From a virus, in IMG/VR virus record IMGVR_UViG_3300009314_000007, positions 1 through 64,000 of that record: a DNA stretch of 64,000 bases; one strand, written 5' to 3'. Within the stretch, counting starts at the first letter, position 1. Every line of letters begins with the position of its first letter. The position numbers and the translations under genes are program-made. The notes under the pieces were generated by a model. That model did not search any database. It saw only the letters and a program-made list of their open reading frames with translations, and was not told the DNA's origin. Shown in pieces: positions 63,101-64,000 of the stretch.

Positions 63101-64000
63101 ATGGCTAAAGCTAGAGAAGCGCCGAAGGCACGACCTCGACGCGAACCCGCGGCCGATTCCCCCGGGGAGGCACCACGGCCCCCGGCCGCTGTGAAGAAGA
63201 AGGTGGTGAAGAAGAAGGTGGTTCGTAAGGTTGCCAAGAAAAAGAAGAGAAAGACCAAGGCCCAGGTGTTCAAGGAGGCCTGGCAGCCCGAGCGGGTTGA
63301 GCAAAGCGCTGGCGCCTACGTCGATGCGATCATGGATCGGCTACAGAAGGAGAAGGGCGACCCGGACATCGTGATGGTCGGTAGCGACGACACCGTGGAC
63401 GTGGGCATTCCATTTCCCTCGTTCTGTCTGGAGTATCTGTTTGGCATATCCGTGTATCCTTTGGGGCGCATAGTGATGGTGGTAGGTCCCGAGGCGTCCT
63501 TGAAGAGCGGGTTCGTGTTCGAGATCACGAGGTGGTTCAAGGAAAGTTCTGGGCACGCCTTTACACTGGAACACGAGTCCAAGTTCTCGAAGACGCACGC
63601 GCAGTCCATTATTGGGCACGAGTACAAGCGAGCTACCGGTCTCGTGTGGTGCGACTCCATTGATGACTGGCAAGACAACATGCAGGCGATCTTTTCCGAC
63701 ATCAAGCTCAAGATGATCGGGACCAAGACCAATAGGGGTTCAGGTATGGTCTTCCCGGTTCACATGACCGTGGACTCGATCATGGGCAAGTCCCTGAGGG
63801 AGTCGCAGGATCGAATTGAGAAGAAAGGGCACGCTGGGCGGGATCACCCTGTTGAGGCTCAGAGCATCACCAAGTTCATGCGAAAGATCCCGCAAGATAT
63901 TCGTCGGTGGCCTTTCGCGATCACCATGGTGAATCATCTCAAGGCGAAAAAGACTGAGCAGGGTTTTCTGATTCGCGACAAGGCAGGTGGTAAGGGTCTG
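63101..64000 (+). CDS. recA: RecA/UvsX-like recombinase, 3'-truncated (absent from the ORF track)
   Basis: My translation gives YPLGRIVMVVGPEASLKS, LEHE, VDSI, VNHLK, AGGKGL; aggag RBS. Confidence 0.88.
   Translation, partial: MAKAREAPKARPRREPAADSPGEAPRPPAAVKKKVVKKKVVRKVAKKKKRKTKAQVFKEAWQPERVEQSAGAYVDAIMDRLQKEKGDPDIVMVGSDDTVDVGIPFPSFCLEYLFGISVYPLGRIVMVVGPEASLKSGFVFEITRWFKESSGHAFTLEHESKFSKTHAQSIIGHEYKRATGLVWCDSIDDWQDNMQAIFSDIKLKMIGTKTNRGSGMVFPVHMTVDSIMGKSLRESQDRIEKKGHAGRDHPVEAQSITKFMRKIPQDIRRWPFAITMVNHLKAKKTEQGFLIRDKAGGKGL

Noticed and set aside
1-64000. CRISPR or TIGR-type repeat-spacer array to go with the RAMP/Nop genes
   Set aside because: No regularly spaced repeat with unique spacers found in any intergenic gap; tandem repeats seen are all coding
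1-64000. Alternative genetic code or stop-codon reassignment
   Set aside because: Long core genes are intact under code 11 and all three stop codons end genes
1-64000. tRNA or rRNA genes
   Set aside because: No cloverleaf with T-loop GTTCGA and matching acceptor stem found in the intergenic gaps

Overview
A 64 kb, roughly 60% GC, densely coded segment of a large tailed dsDNA phage (jumbo-phage-like gene content; host possibly Planctomycetota, which is inference only). Left to right: (1) 1-11.6 kb, putative virion/tail module with a family of paralogous Cys-rich proteins, a collagen-like protein, a sulfotransferase-like protein and a two-domain glycosyltransferase; (2) 11.7-27.9 kb, small + strand accessory genes (gp88-like, RNA polymerase alpha-CTD-like, permuted NlpC/P60) and a ~0.5 kb highly structured non-coding region; (3) 27.9-33.9 kb, the only two - strand genes (a tandem-domain protein and the terminase large subunit) flanking a degenerate primase/helicase-like gene; (4) 33.9-46.7 kb, more small genes (RNase H, DUF1360-like, inactive-looking rolling-circle Rep homologue, second alpha-CTD, HNH, PD-(D/E)xK); (5) 46.7-64 kb, replication/recombination module: SbcD, SbcC, SF2 helicase, DnaB-like helicase, primase, UDG-fused family A DNA polymerase, gp32-like SSB, RecA (truncated by window end). 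Top candidates for novelty: an adjacent pair made of a catalytically dead IS110/Nop-fold-like protein and a stand-alone Cas7-like RAMP protein inside the replication operon with no CRISPR array in the window; a 14-bp palindrome (CAATAACGTTATTG) recurring about every 10 kb; and a ~340-nt structured ncRNA candidate. All family calls come from motif recognition by eye, not database searches. Several apparent frameshifts sit at G/C homopolymers and are probably assembly errors.
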